64,000 nt of DNA from Octopus vulgaris (GCA_951406725.2 OX597820.1:37696001-37760000), one strand, 5' to 3'. Positions 28,251 through 41,208 are shown, counted from the stretch's first letter. Made by a program: numbers and translations. The notes: generated from the sequence alone by a model not told the origin.

Positions 28251-29002
28251 TATTCACCTTACTTTGAGCCTTGTGAATAATACCAGACTAGCTTGGTGCA
28301 TCAACTTATGTACCTTATTGAACTGAATCTTAATTATTTCTAAATATATATGTATGTGTGTGTAATGGTGCTATTTGTAAAAGGGCCTCTTGTATTTAAC
28401 AAAAAAAGTTTTTGAAAGAAAAATTGTATATTTAGCAGTGTTCTGTTATGGTAATTTTTAATCTTTTGATACCAACTCCCTTGAAACTGTTCCTGATCCT
28501 CTAATACAAACTTCATGATTTTAAGTGATCTAAATTAAAATCTTCCAGACAAAATTTCATGTTAATTTATGATCCAAACACCAGCTAAATACTGACAAAC
28601 TTCTTTTACTAAATTCTTCATTATTTTCAAAATTGATGGAAACAAAGGCAGCATATTTCAAGAGGAATTTAGTAATAAAAGAGTTAAATATTCATAATAC
28701 TTGAAGTGTTGTTGTGCTGCTTAGAACAACTTGATTTGGTTGTAGTATGTTTGAGTAAAGTTACTCTGGTTGAGGGGTCTTCTTGAGAAATTTGGCTAGA
28801 CAACAAGGCTGCATGCTGGAGGTGTGTAGATGTGGGATTTTGAGAGAAATCTAGCAGAGTCTTGAGCCCTCCTTAACTTTCCAAATCATTTTTTGTCTCT
28901 CTGGGTCCTAGTTAAACTCCTCCTTTTAGGTCCTACCTGTTCAACAGAATCTTGTCTCCAATCTGTGACACTGGCACAAAAGTTGTTTATATATTTGTAA
29001 TT

Positions 29003-30097
29003 CATCATCATCATCGTTTAACGTCTGTTTTCCGTGCTGGCATGGGTTGGATGGTTCGACTGGAGTCTGGGAAGCCAGGCGGCTGCACCAGGCTCCAGTC
29101 TGATCTGGCAGCGTTTCTACAGCTGGATGCCTTTCTTAATGCCAACCACTCCATGAGTGTAGTGGGTGCTCTTTATGTGCCACTGGCACAGTGGCCAGAG
29201 GAGGCTGGCAATGGCCATGATTGGCTGGTGCTTTTTACGTGCCACTGGCACCGAAGCCAGTCAAGGTGGCGCTGGCATCGGCCACGTTCGAGTGGTGCTT
29301 TTTACGCGCCACCGACACAGGTATCACAACTACCATTTCCATTTGATTTTCATTTTGATGTTGACGTACTTGACTCAATAGATCTTCTCAAGCACAGCAG
29401 GTCACCCACGATCCAAGGTACTTTTGAATGGGCTGGGGCTGGTTATGTGAAACTGGTGTAAGATACAGCCGTGAACTCACTTTATTTGCCAGGTCTTTGC
29501 AGTCATAGCATATCTCCAGAGGTCTCGGTCTTTTGTCAATGCCTCTGTGAGGCCCAATGTTTGAAAGTCGTGCTTCACCACTTCATACCATGTCTTCCTG
29601 GGTCTACCTCTACACCGGATTCCTTCAACTGTTTGGGAGTGGCACTTCACACAGCTCTCTTCATCCATCTGTAGTACATGACCATACCAGCGCAAATGTC
29701 TCTCTTGCATACCACATCCAATGTTTCTTATGTCTAACATTTCACTCAGGGTGCTTACACTCTGTTGTGTGTGCACACTGACATTACACATCCAGCGGAT
29801 CATGCTAGCTTCATTTCTTTCAAGCCTACGCATGTCCTCCACAGTCACAGCCCATGTCTCACTACCGTGAAGCATTGCTGTTTGCACACATGCATCATAC
29901 AGTCTACCTTTCACTCTGAGCGAGAGGCCCTTTGTCACCAGCAGGGGTAGAAGCTTTCTAAACTTTACCCAAGTTATTCTTATTCTAGTGGTAACACTCA
30001 GAGTATCCACCTCCACTACTAACTTGGTCACCTAGGTAGCTGAAGCTTTCAACTACTTCTAGTTTCTTCCCCTGGAGTGTGATGGAATCTGTTTTCT
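29003..30097 (-). mobile_element. RTE-clade LINE 3' fragment
   Basis: ORF 29477-30031 (KGLSLRVKGRLYDACVQTAMLHGSETW...RWYGHV...GRPRKTW); (cat)n tail; same family as 1761-3030. Confidence 0.9.
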
Positions 30098-31265
30098 AAT
30101 TGTACATTTGTTTTTGTATGAAAGAATATATTTTATATTATGAAACATTCTATTAAAAAAAAAATGCCCTCCACCTCTCTTCATTAAAAAGAAAAATCAT
30201 AACAGAGTATTGTAAATTTTAGAGCTCTTTATAAATTATATATCTAGCTAGATAGGTAGATAGATAGCTGCATGGGTATAAAGTTTGCTTTTGGGTCAAT
30301 CCCACTACGTTGTTCCTTGGGCAATTCTCTTCTACTATATACCAGGCTGAACAAAGCCTTGTTAGTGAATTTTGGGAGGTGGAGGCTGAAAGAAGCTCAT
30401 ATATTGTCATCATCATCATTTAACATCCATTCTTCACTGGCATGGGTTGGACAGTTTGACAGGAGCTGGTCAGCTAGAGAGCTGCCTGGGTTCCATTTGT
30501 CTGTTTTTTGCATAGTTTCTATGGCTGGATGCCCTTCATAATTCCAACCACTTTACTGAGTGTACTGGGTGCTTTTAACATGGCTCTGGCATGTGTGTGT
30601 GTGTTTGTACCTCCTTGTCTGACATCGTGAAAGTTGTAAATGAATGTCATACGAATAGAGTCTTGTTTTTAATCTTTCATGAAACCATGCCTGGCCATAG
30701 GGAAATATTACCTTTCTTGAAAACTAATAAGGGTCGGAAACAGGAAAGCCATCTGGCCATAGAAAGTCTGCCTCAGTGAATTCCTTCTGACCTACACGTG
30801 CTTGGGAAAGGGGACATTAAAATGATGATGATAATAACGATACATATTTCTAATTGCTAATTATTTTCATATAATCCTTATGAGAAGTATAATTTTCAGA
30901 TTTCTCTGATTCTTCTGAGTTTTGCAAAAGAAACAGTATCAGAAATCATTTAATATCAATAACATCCAGATTTAGATCTTAGTACAGCATGTTGGCACTC
31001 AGAGAATTTAGTACAAGAGTTGTCTTTAACAAAACTACTTAGAAAACCAGTAGCTGCTGTTTCTATAGTTACCAAATGTTGAGTCATCTAGTTAGGATTA
31101 AAGAGAATTTTTTTATATCAATTATGTTTTCAACTGGAAGTTTCCAAATCATTCATTCATTCATTGTGTTTGCAAGACAGATAAATGTCAGTACTGACAT
31201 AGTCTCAATGTGATTATTCAACCTTGCTAGAAATAGCAGCCTATATATATTTATATATATATATA

Positions 31266-32151
31266 TGCGTGGTCTGATCAACAAGTATCTGGAATGTTGC
31301 TATAGTAACGAAGCTACGACACACAGAGTAAAGTCACTTGGCACATACTGACTTTCAACTCTGCTGTGCATGTGCATTAAGTTTTAATGTTCTAGTTTAC
31401 TTCCACTGTTTACAGCAGTGCTTGGAAGGAAGGTGTGTAGTGTGTGATCATTGCATTGACTATGACACAGAAAGTTGAACAGAGAATCTGCATCAAATTT
31501 TGCCTAAAGCTTGGCGATACCTGCTCAGAAGCTTATGCAAAGTTTCCAAAAAGTTTTCATCATTTTTGACACAATCAAGGAGATCTTGTACAACTGAAAC
31601 CCCGAGTGTCTTTTTGGTCAACTGAAAGTAGTTTTGGCACAAATTTGGCAGACACGCATCTCATACCTAAATCTTCAATGATAATGGACTGAACTGAACC
31701 ATAACTAATCTGCACAACTGATAACTCACTGATGGTGATTTGACGATTTCCCATCACAGCTGCACGCACATCTGCGATGTTTTTCTCAGTTCTGCTTGTT
31801 GCTGGTCACCAATATTGACATTTTTTCAGCCATCTTGGAAACGTCTGAACCACCCGTACACTTGTGTGCAGTTCATACACTTCTCTCCATACTCTCTCTG
31901 CAACTTTGCATAGGCCCCTGAGCAGGTATCGCCTTCACAACTTTCTCTGTCATGGTCAGTGCAATGATCACATGCTACACACCTTCCTTCCAAGCACTGC
32001 TGTAAACAGTGGAAGTGAGCTAGGATGTTAAAACTTAGTGCGCATGCATAGCAGAGTTTAAGGTCAATCTGTGCCAAGCAGCTTTACTCTGCATGCTTTA
32101 GCTTCTTTACTATGGCAACAGTCCAGGTACTTACTGATAAGATCAGGTGCA
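31266..32151. mobile_element. Mariner-derived non-autonomous element with long inverted arms
   Basis: Both ends carry the TIR and 5' region (EQRICIKFC..LGDTCSEAYAK on +; GDTCSGAYAKLQREYGE..VYGWFRRF on -), plus a minus fragment DLGMRCVSAKFVPKLL (mariner WVP linker). Confidence 0.82.
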
Positions 32152-32160
32152 TAATATCTA

Positions 32161-32198
<38 letters not shown>

Positions 32199-32832
32199 TA
32201 TATAGATATTATGCACCTGATCTGATCAGTAAGTATATATATATATTAAATGGATTAATCAAGGGAAAAAAATGGCACCCATGACCTTTCTTGGCCTTCA
32301 GAGACTGCTCAGATGCAGGGGGTAAATTACTCTCAGACTGGAGATCTGCTCTAGATGCTTTCCACAGAATGGGCTTACACTGAACATGCACAAGAATCAG
32401 GTGGTGATGTTAAACTGGTTGATAAATTTGCTCAATAGTATGGCACTGTGTGCCATCACAAGGTCTAGTCCTTATTGTGGTGTGCCTCAAAAGATCCTGA
32501 CATCTGTGCCATTTGAGTACAAGCTCCTAAAAGGGCCTTCCAATTTTGGACAGATATAAGGATTGAGTCCAGACGAATTTAGACACCTGTTCCCAGAAGT
32601 CAAAATGGATTTGTGTTGGACCAACACCTTTTACTTGTTTCAGTCATTAAACTGCGGCCATGCTGGGGCACTGCCTTGAAATTTTAGTCAAATGAATTGA
32701 CTCCAGTACTTATTTTTTGTTAAGCCTGGCCCTTATTATAGTGGTCTCTTTTGCCAAACCACTAAGTTATGGGGCTGTAAAATCATCAACACTGGTTGTC
32801 ACTCCTACCTTGAACAAAAAAAAAAGTTACAG

Positions 32833-33257
32833 AGGTGCAGGAGTGGCCATGTGGTAAGTAACTTGCTTACCAACCACATGGTTCTGGGTTCAGTCCCACT
32901 GTGTGGCACCTTGGACAAGTGTCTTCTACTATAGCTTCGGGCCGACCAAAGCCTTGTAAGTGGATTTGGTAGATGGAAACTGAAAGAAGCCCGTCGTATA
33001 TATGTATATATATATATATACATATATATATGTGTGTGTGTGTATGTTTGTGTGTCTGTGTTTATCCCCCAACATCGCTTGACAACTGATGCTGGTGTGT
33101 TTACGTCCCCGTAACCTAGCGGTTTGGCAAAAGGGGCCGATAGAATAAGTACTAGGCTTACAAAGAATAAGTCCTGGGGTCGATTTCTTCAACTAAAGGC
33201 GGTGCTCCAGCATGGCCGCAGTCAAATGACTGAAACAAGTAAAAGAAAGTAAAGAGT
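32833..33257 (+). mobile_element. tRNA-derived CORE-type SINE
   Basis: A/B-box-like head (tggccatgtggtaag...gggttcagtccc), ggcaccttggacaagt core-like motif and A-rich tail; many decayed relatives in the window. Confidence 0.78.
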
Positions 33258-33263
33258 ATGCAT

Positions 33264-33482
33264 CCCTTTAGCATTTAAACCAGTCATATCCATTCCTGAT
33301 ATTCTACCCGTTCTATGTCTAAATTGGCCAGATCTGCCATCTCACCCCTCCCTACAATATCATTCTAAAAATAAACAGTCAGATCATCAAAATCTCCAAG
33401 CTTTGAAATAAGGTTTGATTAATCCAGATCGATGAAAATGAATAAGCTTTACATTTGACAGAGTAATCTGAATGCTAAAGGG
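33264..33482. mobile_element. piggyBac-like MITE
   Basis: ccctttagcatt ... aatgctaaaggg followed by ttaa. Confidence 0.65.
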
Positions 33483-33611
33483 TTAAAATTAACAAGATCA
33501 GCTAGAAGACCTCTCAGGGAAACGTGAGGTGGTACAGCAAAATCTGAAAGGAAGCTGCAAGGCTGCAAGGATCCAAGTGGAGAGAAGCAGTAAAGACATT
33601 CTAGAATCAAG

Positions 33612-34025
33612 GGATCTTTTCGGTTTGAATGGCAGTTTTTAACATAATTTCTAGGTAACTAAAAAATTTTAAACTTCGTATACTGGTAGAATGTGTTTAT
33701 AAAACATCTTTTTCTCTTGGCTTTATTGAGAAAATTCTATAGTTTGTAAGATTTTTGTTGTTTTTTTTCTTCAATTTCTGCAATTTCAACCAATCAGTGA
33801 AGTGTATTGAGGTAAAAAACATTCTGTGCCCTATGAATATGTCCCTCGTTTAAGAAACAGATTGGGTTTATTTACATTTGTGAAGAAAAAAGATACCCTC
33901 CCCCACCCTAACCCTAACCCTAAAACAGATTGAAATGCAATAGATTGATACTAGGGTCATAATTATGGGTGGCAATTTCATATGACACCGCTAGAAAAAA
34001 ACTGCCGTTCAAACCGAGAAGATCT
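33612..34025. mobile_element. Merlin-like MITE with 8-bp TSD
   Basis: ~29 bp TIR ggatcttttcggtttgaatggcagttttt; TSD GAATCAAG at 33604-33611 and 34026-34033; internal (CCCTAA) repeats. Confidence 0.85.
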
Positions 34026-34244
34026 GAATCAAGAACTGTGGCGAAAAGCTGTTGATGGCCTTCACTTCTACAGGAAGTAAAAGGATTAAGTAAATAATGG
34101 AACAGTATGACTATAATTGATGGAATACCATTCCATGATTTTCTATTGAGAATAATAAGCTACTAACACATTTCTCTTCTGTTTAAATATGACTCCTAGG
34201 CCTGAGGTGATTGTCATACATTAGGAAGATGAGATGTACATGAG

Positions 34245-34675
34245 GAATGTTTGAAGGATCTTGGGAATAGGAAGTTCGCTAGCGGTCCCCAGCCGCAAAT
34301 ATATCCCTGTTGGGAGAACATCTTGTTTGCCTTAGATTTTCCACAAATGCATGGACAGGACGGGCTGAAGCCGCCGGTTGACGGATCAGACTCTTCTGTT
34401 CACCAGAGCCCCATTAGCCGGGTGTGGCCCTGATACTGCTGGGTGTCAGAACAATCCGCCTTGGGTGGCCCTACCAGAAACCGAAGTCTCCAACAGCATA
34501 GCTCTGACACTCCCGTTTCACCCCCTTACCACGATGAGGAGGGGTTGGACTTTAGGGGGTCATTGACCTCAAATCGCCAGGCCTGGTTGGCGTTTGTGAG
34601 AGATGCAGCATTGAGGATGAATGAAGCCAGCTCAACCCACTCCAGGCCAATGCTGTCTCAAGAACAAGAACAATA
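34245..34675 (+). mobile_element. Degenerate LINE 3' fragment (RTE-like) with (caagaa)n tail
   Basis: GC-richer segment with remnant NRQAWLAFV and a short repeat tail. Confidence 0.5.
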
Positions 34676-35857
34676 TACATTAGGAGATGCAGGGGGTAAA
34701 TTACTCTCAAACTGGAGATCTGCTCCAGATGCTTGCCACAGAATAGGCTTACACTGAACGCACACAAGAATCAGGTGGTGATGTTAAACTGGTTGGTAAA
34801 TTTGCTCAGTAGTATGGCACTGTGTTTTCATCTAATCCAGATTCTCTAGTCTGGAAATATCCTTTAATATTTTCTGTCTGTGAAAGGTGGCGTGCTGGCA
34901 CAATTGTTAACACACTGGACAAAATGCTCAGCAGCATTTCATCTGTCTTTATTTTTTGAATTCTAATTCTACCAATGTTGACTTTGCCTTTCATCCTTTT
35001 TGAGGTCATTAAAATAAGCACCAGTTGAACTCTGGGATCAATGTAATTGATTAATCTTCTCCCACAAAATTACCAGCCTTGTTCCAAAATTTGAAATCAG
35101 TAGTTTTAGTCTGTGAAAGGCGGTGAACTAGCAGAATGGTTAGCACACCAGGAAAACTGCTTCATGGCATTTTGTCCGTCTTTACATTCTGAGTTCAAAT
35201 TTTACTAAGGTCAGTTTTACCTCTCATCCATTCAGGGTTGATGAAATAAGTACCAGCTGATTACTGGGGTTGATGTAAGCGACTTAAGCCCTTCCCTTGG
35301 AATTGCTGGCTTTGTGCTATAATTTGAAATCTATATTTTAGTCTGTGAGAATCTTTCAATTCAAAAGTGAAATGCAGTTGCTGCTGCTGCTGCTGCTGCT
35401 GCTGTTGTTGTTGTTCTTAAGCAACAAGACGGGTAAGGGTGATTAGGTGATGGTCTAGGGCTTAGGGGCGGGAGACCCTGAACCTTGGAAAAAAAAACTT
35501 TGGTCATCTTGTTGTAGTCGAGGGCTCTTCGTTGACACCTGACACCACTGGGAGGTGGCCCTCGAAGTCGCTGGAAATGGAGATCTCCAGGTCCAAATTC
35601 TTGAACGTCTGCTGCTGTTGTTGTTTAGCCCAGGTCAGTTCTGAGTGAGCAAAAAGTCACTGCTCCTACAGATGGGGTCATTTGCTTACAATCCTCCATG
35701 AAAGCATAGTTGAGGTGTTTGTTATTTGATAGACTTGAATAAATATTACCTTGTTTGGAAACTGTTGTGGATTGACGACAGGAAGAACATCTGGCTACAG
35801 AAAAATTTACTTTAATAAAGCTTTGTTATTATTAAACTTTTACCAGGAAAGCGTTGA

Positions 35858-35899
35858 TAGTAACTTCGAAGTTTCGGCTTTCTTGCATTTGTCAGACTA
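35858..35899 (-). ncRNA. Minimal type-I hammerhead motif (probably decayed)
   Basis: Minus strand tagt-CTGACAA-atgc-aagaaa-gcc-GAAA-cttcgaag-TT-acta: perfect stem I, palindromic stem III; core G8>A consistent with CpG decay. Confidence 0.65.
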
Positions 35900-36019
35900 A
35901 AAAGCATTGAGTTATCCTTCAACTTAAAACTTAAATTGTTTTTATGTATAATTGTTTTTATATATAATTGTTATATAATTGTTTTTTTATATTATATAAA
36001 AGCAAACATTGATATATGT

Positions 36020-36532
36020 CAGGGGTGGGGAAACCCATACCCGCGGGTGCAATTGTCCCCACAAACCCATTTTATATTGCTCGCAGGCTAATATACTCAT
36101 ATGTACAAAATACGGTAAATTTATACAATATTCATATGCCTATTTGTAACAGGTTGTGTTTCCACTACGACTTAAAATGGTTAGACTCGAACAGAAAATT
36201 GTCCGGTAATTGCCATTTGAATAGAAATTTTGTTTTCACTATAAAACACATATTGCTAGGTTTGTACTACCCCCTTGAGACCCAACTATGATCTAGCTGA
36301 AAAACATAGAATTCCTCATAAGTAATATAAATGTCCTTAATTCAGTAGCAGTGTTAATGAAAATGTTATGTGTTAGTTGAATGTTTTAAACTTATCTTTA
36401 TTAATGTATATCGAATTATACATAGATATATACAAGGTCTTCACAGATATAAGACTTAGAACTTGTGATCCACCCATGGACTTTTTTCTTTGGAAATTTT
36501 GCCCGCTGCTCTAAGAAGTTTCCCCACCCCTG
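36020..36532. mobile_element. hAT-type MITE
   Basis: TIR caggggtggggaaac / gtttccccacccctg; 8-bp TSD ATATATGT (36012-36019 and 36533-36540). Confidence 0.9.
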
Positions 36533-36647
36533 ATATATGTGGATGGTGAATTGGCATTATCAATAAAGTGTCAGGAAAAAAAATGCTTTTTGGCATTTGT
36601 TCCATCACTTTACATTGTGAGTTTTAAATTCTTTCAAAGTCAACTGT

Positions 36648-36972
36648 ACAGTTCTATATTTAAGAGATGAGGAATTATGTACATTATATACATTTGACGG
36701 ATATCTGTCCTCATCTTGTTTGTTGTTAACACAGCGTTTCGGCTGATAGAGTGTGGGCTACTAACCCCAAGATTCCGAGTTTGATTCCAAGCAGTGACCT
36801 GAACAATAATAATAATAATGATAATAATATCATCGAAAAATACCTTAGGAATGAGAACCCAGGTTCGAAATTTCCCAAAGACATCTGATGAAGGCTGGAG
36901 GGTATATCAGCTGAAACGTTGTGTTAACAACAAACAAGATGAGGACAAATATCTGTCAAATGTAAATAATGT
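36648..36972. mobile_element. tRNA-headed, hammerhead-containing short retroelement in PLE-style inverted arrangement
   Basis: 11-bp TSD AAGTCAACTGT (36637-36647 and 36973-36983); inverted 3' segment 36648-36748; tRNA-like arms ~36750-36797; hammerhead 36882-36923. Confidence 0.75.
36882..36923 (+). ncRNA. Minimal type-I hammerhead ribozyme
   Basis: cat-CTGATGA-a-ggctg-gagggtatat-cagct-GAAA-cg-TT-gtg; palindromic AACGTT stem III; the inverted copy reads cagccgaaacg. Confidence 0.78.
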
Positions 36973-38040
36973 AAGTCAACTGTGTTTTTCATCTATCCAG
37001 GGGTTGATGAAAATAAAGTACCAGTCAAGTACTGGGGACAATAACATCAATCAACTCAATTCCTTTAAAATTTCTGGTATTGCATTTAAATTTGAAGCAA
37101 TTTACTGTGGGTGCATGTTAATTTGAAACAAAAAAAAAGAAGCAAAAAACAAAATCAAGACCTTATCTTTTATTCAGTCTCTGATGGTTAAGCTACACAA
37201 AACCTGATAGCATTTAGCATTCAGAATTGTTTTTCTTTTTTGTTTATTTGCTGACTTAGCCAGAGGAATCAAGGCAATGCTCATGATTACATTGTTTCAG
37301 GAATTCCAAGACTATTTGAAGAAGTTATCTTCAGACCACAGATCTAACTTGAATACTTGCAATAGAGTAAGATACCCAAAAGACATTTGGCTGCAAAAAC
37401 TGTTCTACAGGCAATAATTTTTGGTATTCATTTTTGCATAGAAAAAATTCATTTTCATTTATCATATAGAAAAGGAAGGTGGCAAGCTGGTGGAATTGTG
37501 AGCAACTTGGACAAAATGCTTAGTGATGTTTCTTTCAGCTCTTTTTGTTACAGGTTCAAATTCTGTCAAGGTTGACTTTGCCACTGAAACTGGGGTTGAT
37601 ATAATCAACTTACTCCATTCCTTAAAATATATATATATATATATATATGACTGGCTTCTCAAGGTGTCACACAGTGGAGCTGAACCAGAAACCTTGTTGC
37701 TCTAAAGTGAACACCTTAATTACACAGCGATCTCCATGCTAAGTACATTAAAATAAATATCCTTTGAATTTTTGTATGTTTTGCAAGTGATTTCAAGGTT
37801 TATATAACAATGGGTATAAAAGTGCATGTCATCACCCAGGAAGCAAAAAGTTTACTCCAGTTACATGTGATATTTGAGAGTAGGGCGAAGAGAGAAGAGT
37901 GATGTCAGGGCAGTGGGAAAGAGAGATATATAGAGAGAGGTGTGAAGAGCCGTGGGGAAGTGAGATGAGATAAAGATGGGGAGATCACTTTTAAAGCATG
38001 TGGTCGTGTGTATGCATGTATGCATATAAGTACATATATG

Positions 38041-38672
38041 TGTAGTGGGTATGATTCTTGGCCACTACTTCTGGTCTGATCTGAGGGTAGCCCTTAAAAG
38101 GACGGTTATCGCAATTAGATCCGATCCAAGAATAGTCCTAAAAAGGACTGTTATCGCAATTAGATCGGATCTGAGAGTAGTCCTAAAAAGGACGGTTATC
38201 GTAATTAGATCGGATCTGAGAGTAGTCCTAAAAAGGACTGTTATCGCATTCAGATCAGACTTGAATTAGCCCTGAAAAGGACTGTGGTCGTAATCAGCAA
38301 AACTGGACAGACGAAAGCAGTAGTTGAAATGACGAGCAGACAAGAGGTGTAAGTTTATACAGCGATTTATTTCAGGTGTGAAATAGCAGTACAAAGGTTC
38401 GAGGTGGCGTGAGTGGCGAGCGTGGCAGGCGAGAGGGACACGATTTACATCCGTCGAGTGCCAAAAATCCAACTGCCTTTACAGCGATTTATGATGTCTA
38501 TTTATACAAAAATATCAGCAGTGATGTTTAGCCAGTGTCCAATAGAATGGCAGGTAGGTAGCTTTTGTCCAATGAAAGATCAGGCAAGTCGCTGGGGGTA
38601 GTTGCTTTGTTTTCTCTGGTGATGGCAGATGTATTTCCGGTGTCCGTGCAAGTTACTTCCGGTGACTGTACA
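38041..38672 (-). mobile_element. Solo LTR (Gypsy-like, 632 bp)
   Basis: TGTA...TACA termini, 4-bp TSD TATG (38037-38040 and 38673-38676), AATAAA on the minus strand near 38366; CpG-richer than its flanks. Confidence 0.68.
38075..38295. repeat. 45-bp minisatellite (~4.7 copies) inside the solo LTR
   Basis: Unit approx. tcggatctgagagtagtcctaaaaaggactgttatcgcaattaga. Confidence 0.9.
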
Positions 38673-38819
38673 TATGTGTGTGCGTATCATCATCATCATC
38701 ATCATCATTTAGCGTCTACTTTCTATGCTGGCATGGGTTAGACAGTTTGACTGGAACTGGTAAGCTGGAGAGCTGTACCAGGTTCCAATCTGATTTGGCA
38801 AGGTTTCTATGGCTGGATG

Positions 38820-38859
<40 letters not shown>

Positions 38860-39195
38860 GCTGGGCAGTGGGTGCATGCAGAATATTAGCTATCTTAAAT
38901 TTTACCTGTTTCAGTCATAGACTGTGGCCATGGTGGGGAACTACTTTGGAAGGATTTTAGGTGAATGAATCAACCCCAGTACTTACTTTTAACCTTGATA
39001 CTTATTCTAGCAGCCTCTTTTGCTGAACAGCTAAGTTATGGAGACATAAACAAACCAGTATCAGTTGTCAAGTGGTTGTTGGAAGACAAACACAATTTTA
39101 TACACACACATAGACACATGCACACACACAATGGCAGTACCCCAGCATGGCCACAGCTCTTGAGCTGAAACTAGCAAAAGAGTATATATTTATAC

Positions 39196-39226
<31 letters not shown>

Positions 39227-39926
39227 ATACACGCACACACACAATGGGATTCATTCAGTTTCTGTCTACCAAGTCCACTTATAAGGCTTTATTCAGCCCA
39301 GAGCTATAGTAGAAGACATTTGCCCTAAGTGTGACACAGTGGGACTGAACTGGAATGGTGTGGTTGGGAAGCAAACTTCTTACCTCACAGTCACACCTGC
39401 TAATTCCTCATTCATGGTGAGGGAAGTACCGATGGCAGAAGAGCCCAACCAGCTTGCTAATATATACTTGTGTTCTAGAGGGAAGGAGAAAAGAAATTCA
39501 ATTTTAAAGTTCAGGTAGGCCCTTGTGTGGAATGAGCTTTTCAGTATAATTCTTTACTCTGCTCAACAGAGTCTCTACTTCTGTCAAGGGAAGGTCTGTA
39601 CTTTTCCATCAGTCTTTATTTGATGTTATATTGTGCAGTGTTTTCTTTCAACAGCCATATGTGTTTTGCTAGCTTTGTGATGTTCAATATTTATACCAGA
39701 TTTCTTCCAACCACCCTGCATTCTATTAAACTCTTTTGCCTCACTCCAGATTTCACTTCAGAATGACTCTGTATTTTTCTGGGAAGGAGCTTCAGTGACA
39801 TTTACTGTTTGTCCCCTTTTGTCTTTGTTGATAGCTTGTTGGTTTCAATTGAATTTCATGTCAATTATTTTATTCTCACCTACTCTCTTCTCATCCCAAA
39901 GTTTTTCACTGAGGGCATTTAGTTTT

Positions 39927-40120
39927 ATGAATGAATGAATGAATGAATGATTGATTGATTGAATGAATGAATGAATGAATGAATGAATGAATGAATGAAT
40001 GTATGTATGTATGTATGTATGTATGTATGTATGTATGTATGTATGTATGTATGTATGTATGTATGTATGTATGTATGTATGTATGTATGTACGTACGTAC
40101 GTACGTACGTACGTACGTAC
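39927..40120. repeat. (ATGA)n(ATGT)n(ACGT)n tetranucleotide microsatellite
   Basis: Direct inspection. Confidence 0.95.
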
Positions 40121-40135
40121 ATATGCACATATACA

Positions 40136-40333
40136 CAAAGAGTTGCTGGAAAGTTCCTGGTTTTAAGGTTATCGTGAAAGGCCTGGTTGGAGGCCCAACC
40201 TTCAGAGTAATTTTACAGGACCTAGAAGAACTGAAGGACTGCTGCAATAAGTGAGTGAATAAGAAAATCATACTTAGCTGACCCTCCTGTATTTTCTTTT
40301 ACCCAAATCCAGGAATGTTCCAGCAACCCCTCA
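40136..40333. mobile_element. Short mariner-like MITE
   Basis: Imperfect TIR gttgctggaaagttcctgg / ccaggaatgttccagcaac. Confidence 0.6.
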
Positions 40334-41208
40334 TATGTATATCATTGGACGGTTTTATTTCAAGATTTCTTGCCAATAGAGAAAGAGCCGCTTACTAATC
40401 TAAATCCAAGGCTCCTTCATTGGAATTTAAACATCAACAGGGTGGGTGGGTGGGTATGTATGTATGTATGTATGTATGTATGTATGTATGTATGTGCAGA
40501 TTTGTATGTTTTGCTCTATGTATGTATTCTCCTGCATATAGTTGCATAAATAGACATGCTCATATATATTTAAATGATAAACTTCTGGAAAGTTTTACAG
40601 ATTATATTAGTTTCAGTGATGGATTGGATCTGTAGTCCTCGAATTACCTTTCTCCTTTCTGGTTTTGAGAAGCCTAATTTCTCAAGATTGGTATTTAGAC
40701 AGTGTGTTATATATCCCAGGGCCCCAATAATTACAAGTATAAACCTGAACTTGTAATTTGGATAGAGTAACTGCAGATTTTTCAATAGTTCAGCATAGGT
40801 GTTCTCTTTTTCACTGATCTTCAGCTTTATGTTAACATCAGCTGAGCAGCTAATTTCCACAACTGTGCACAGTTTCTCTTCTCTATCTCAAATCATTATA
40901 TCAGGTTTGTTGTGCTTACATTTTATTGAAGTCTTTGCTGGGACATTCCACCAGTACTCCTTTTTATTATGAGTGGCTATGGCTTCTACCATACTGTAGG
41001 TTCTTACTTCTTTGTCCTTGGGGTTATCTCTCTAATGGATTTCATTATAGAGTGTATTTCATCATATCCATGCATAGTCTTCTGCTCATATAGGCTCATC
41101 TTATCTGATGTTACATTGCAGTAGATTTGTGCAACTTCTTTGGGCATGTATTCTAGGTTATCAGACAAAGAATGTTGCTCTAGCAGCTGCCTTCCAAGTC
41201 TTATGATG

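Noticed and set aside
33900-33925. Telomere or chromosome-fusion relic
   Set aside because: Only a few TTAGGG units, internal to a MITE present twice in the window.
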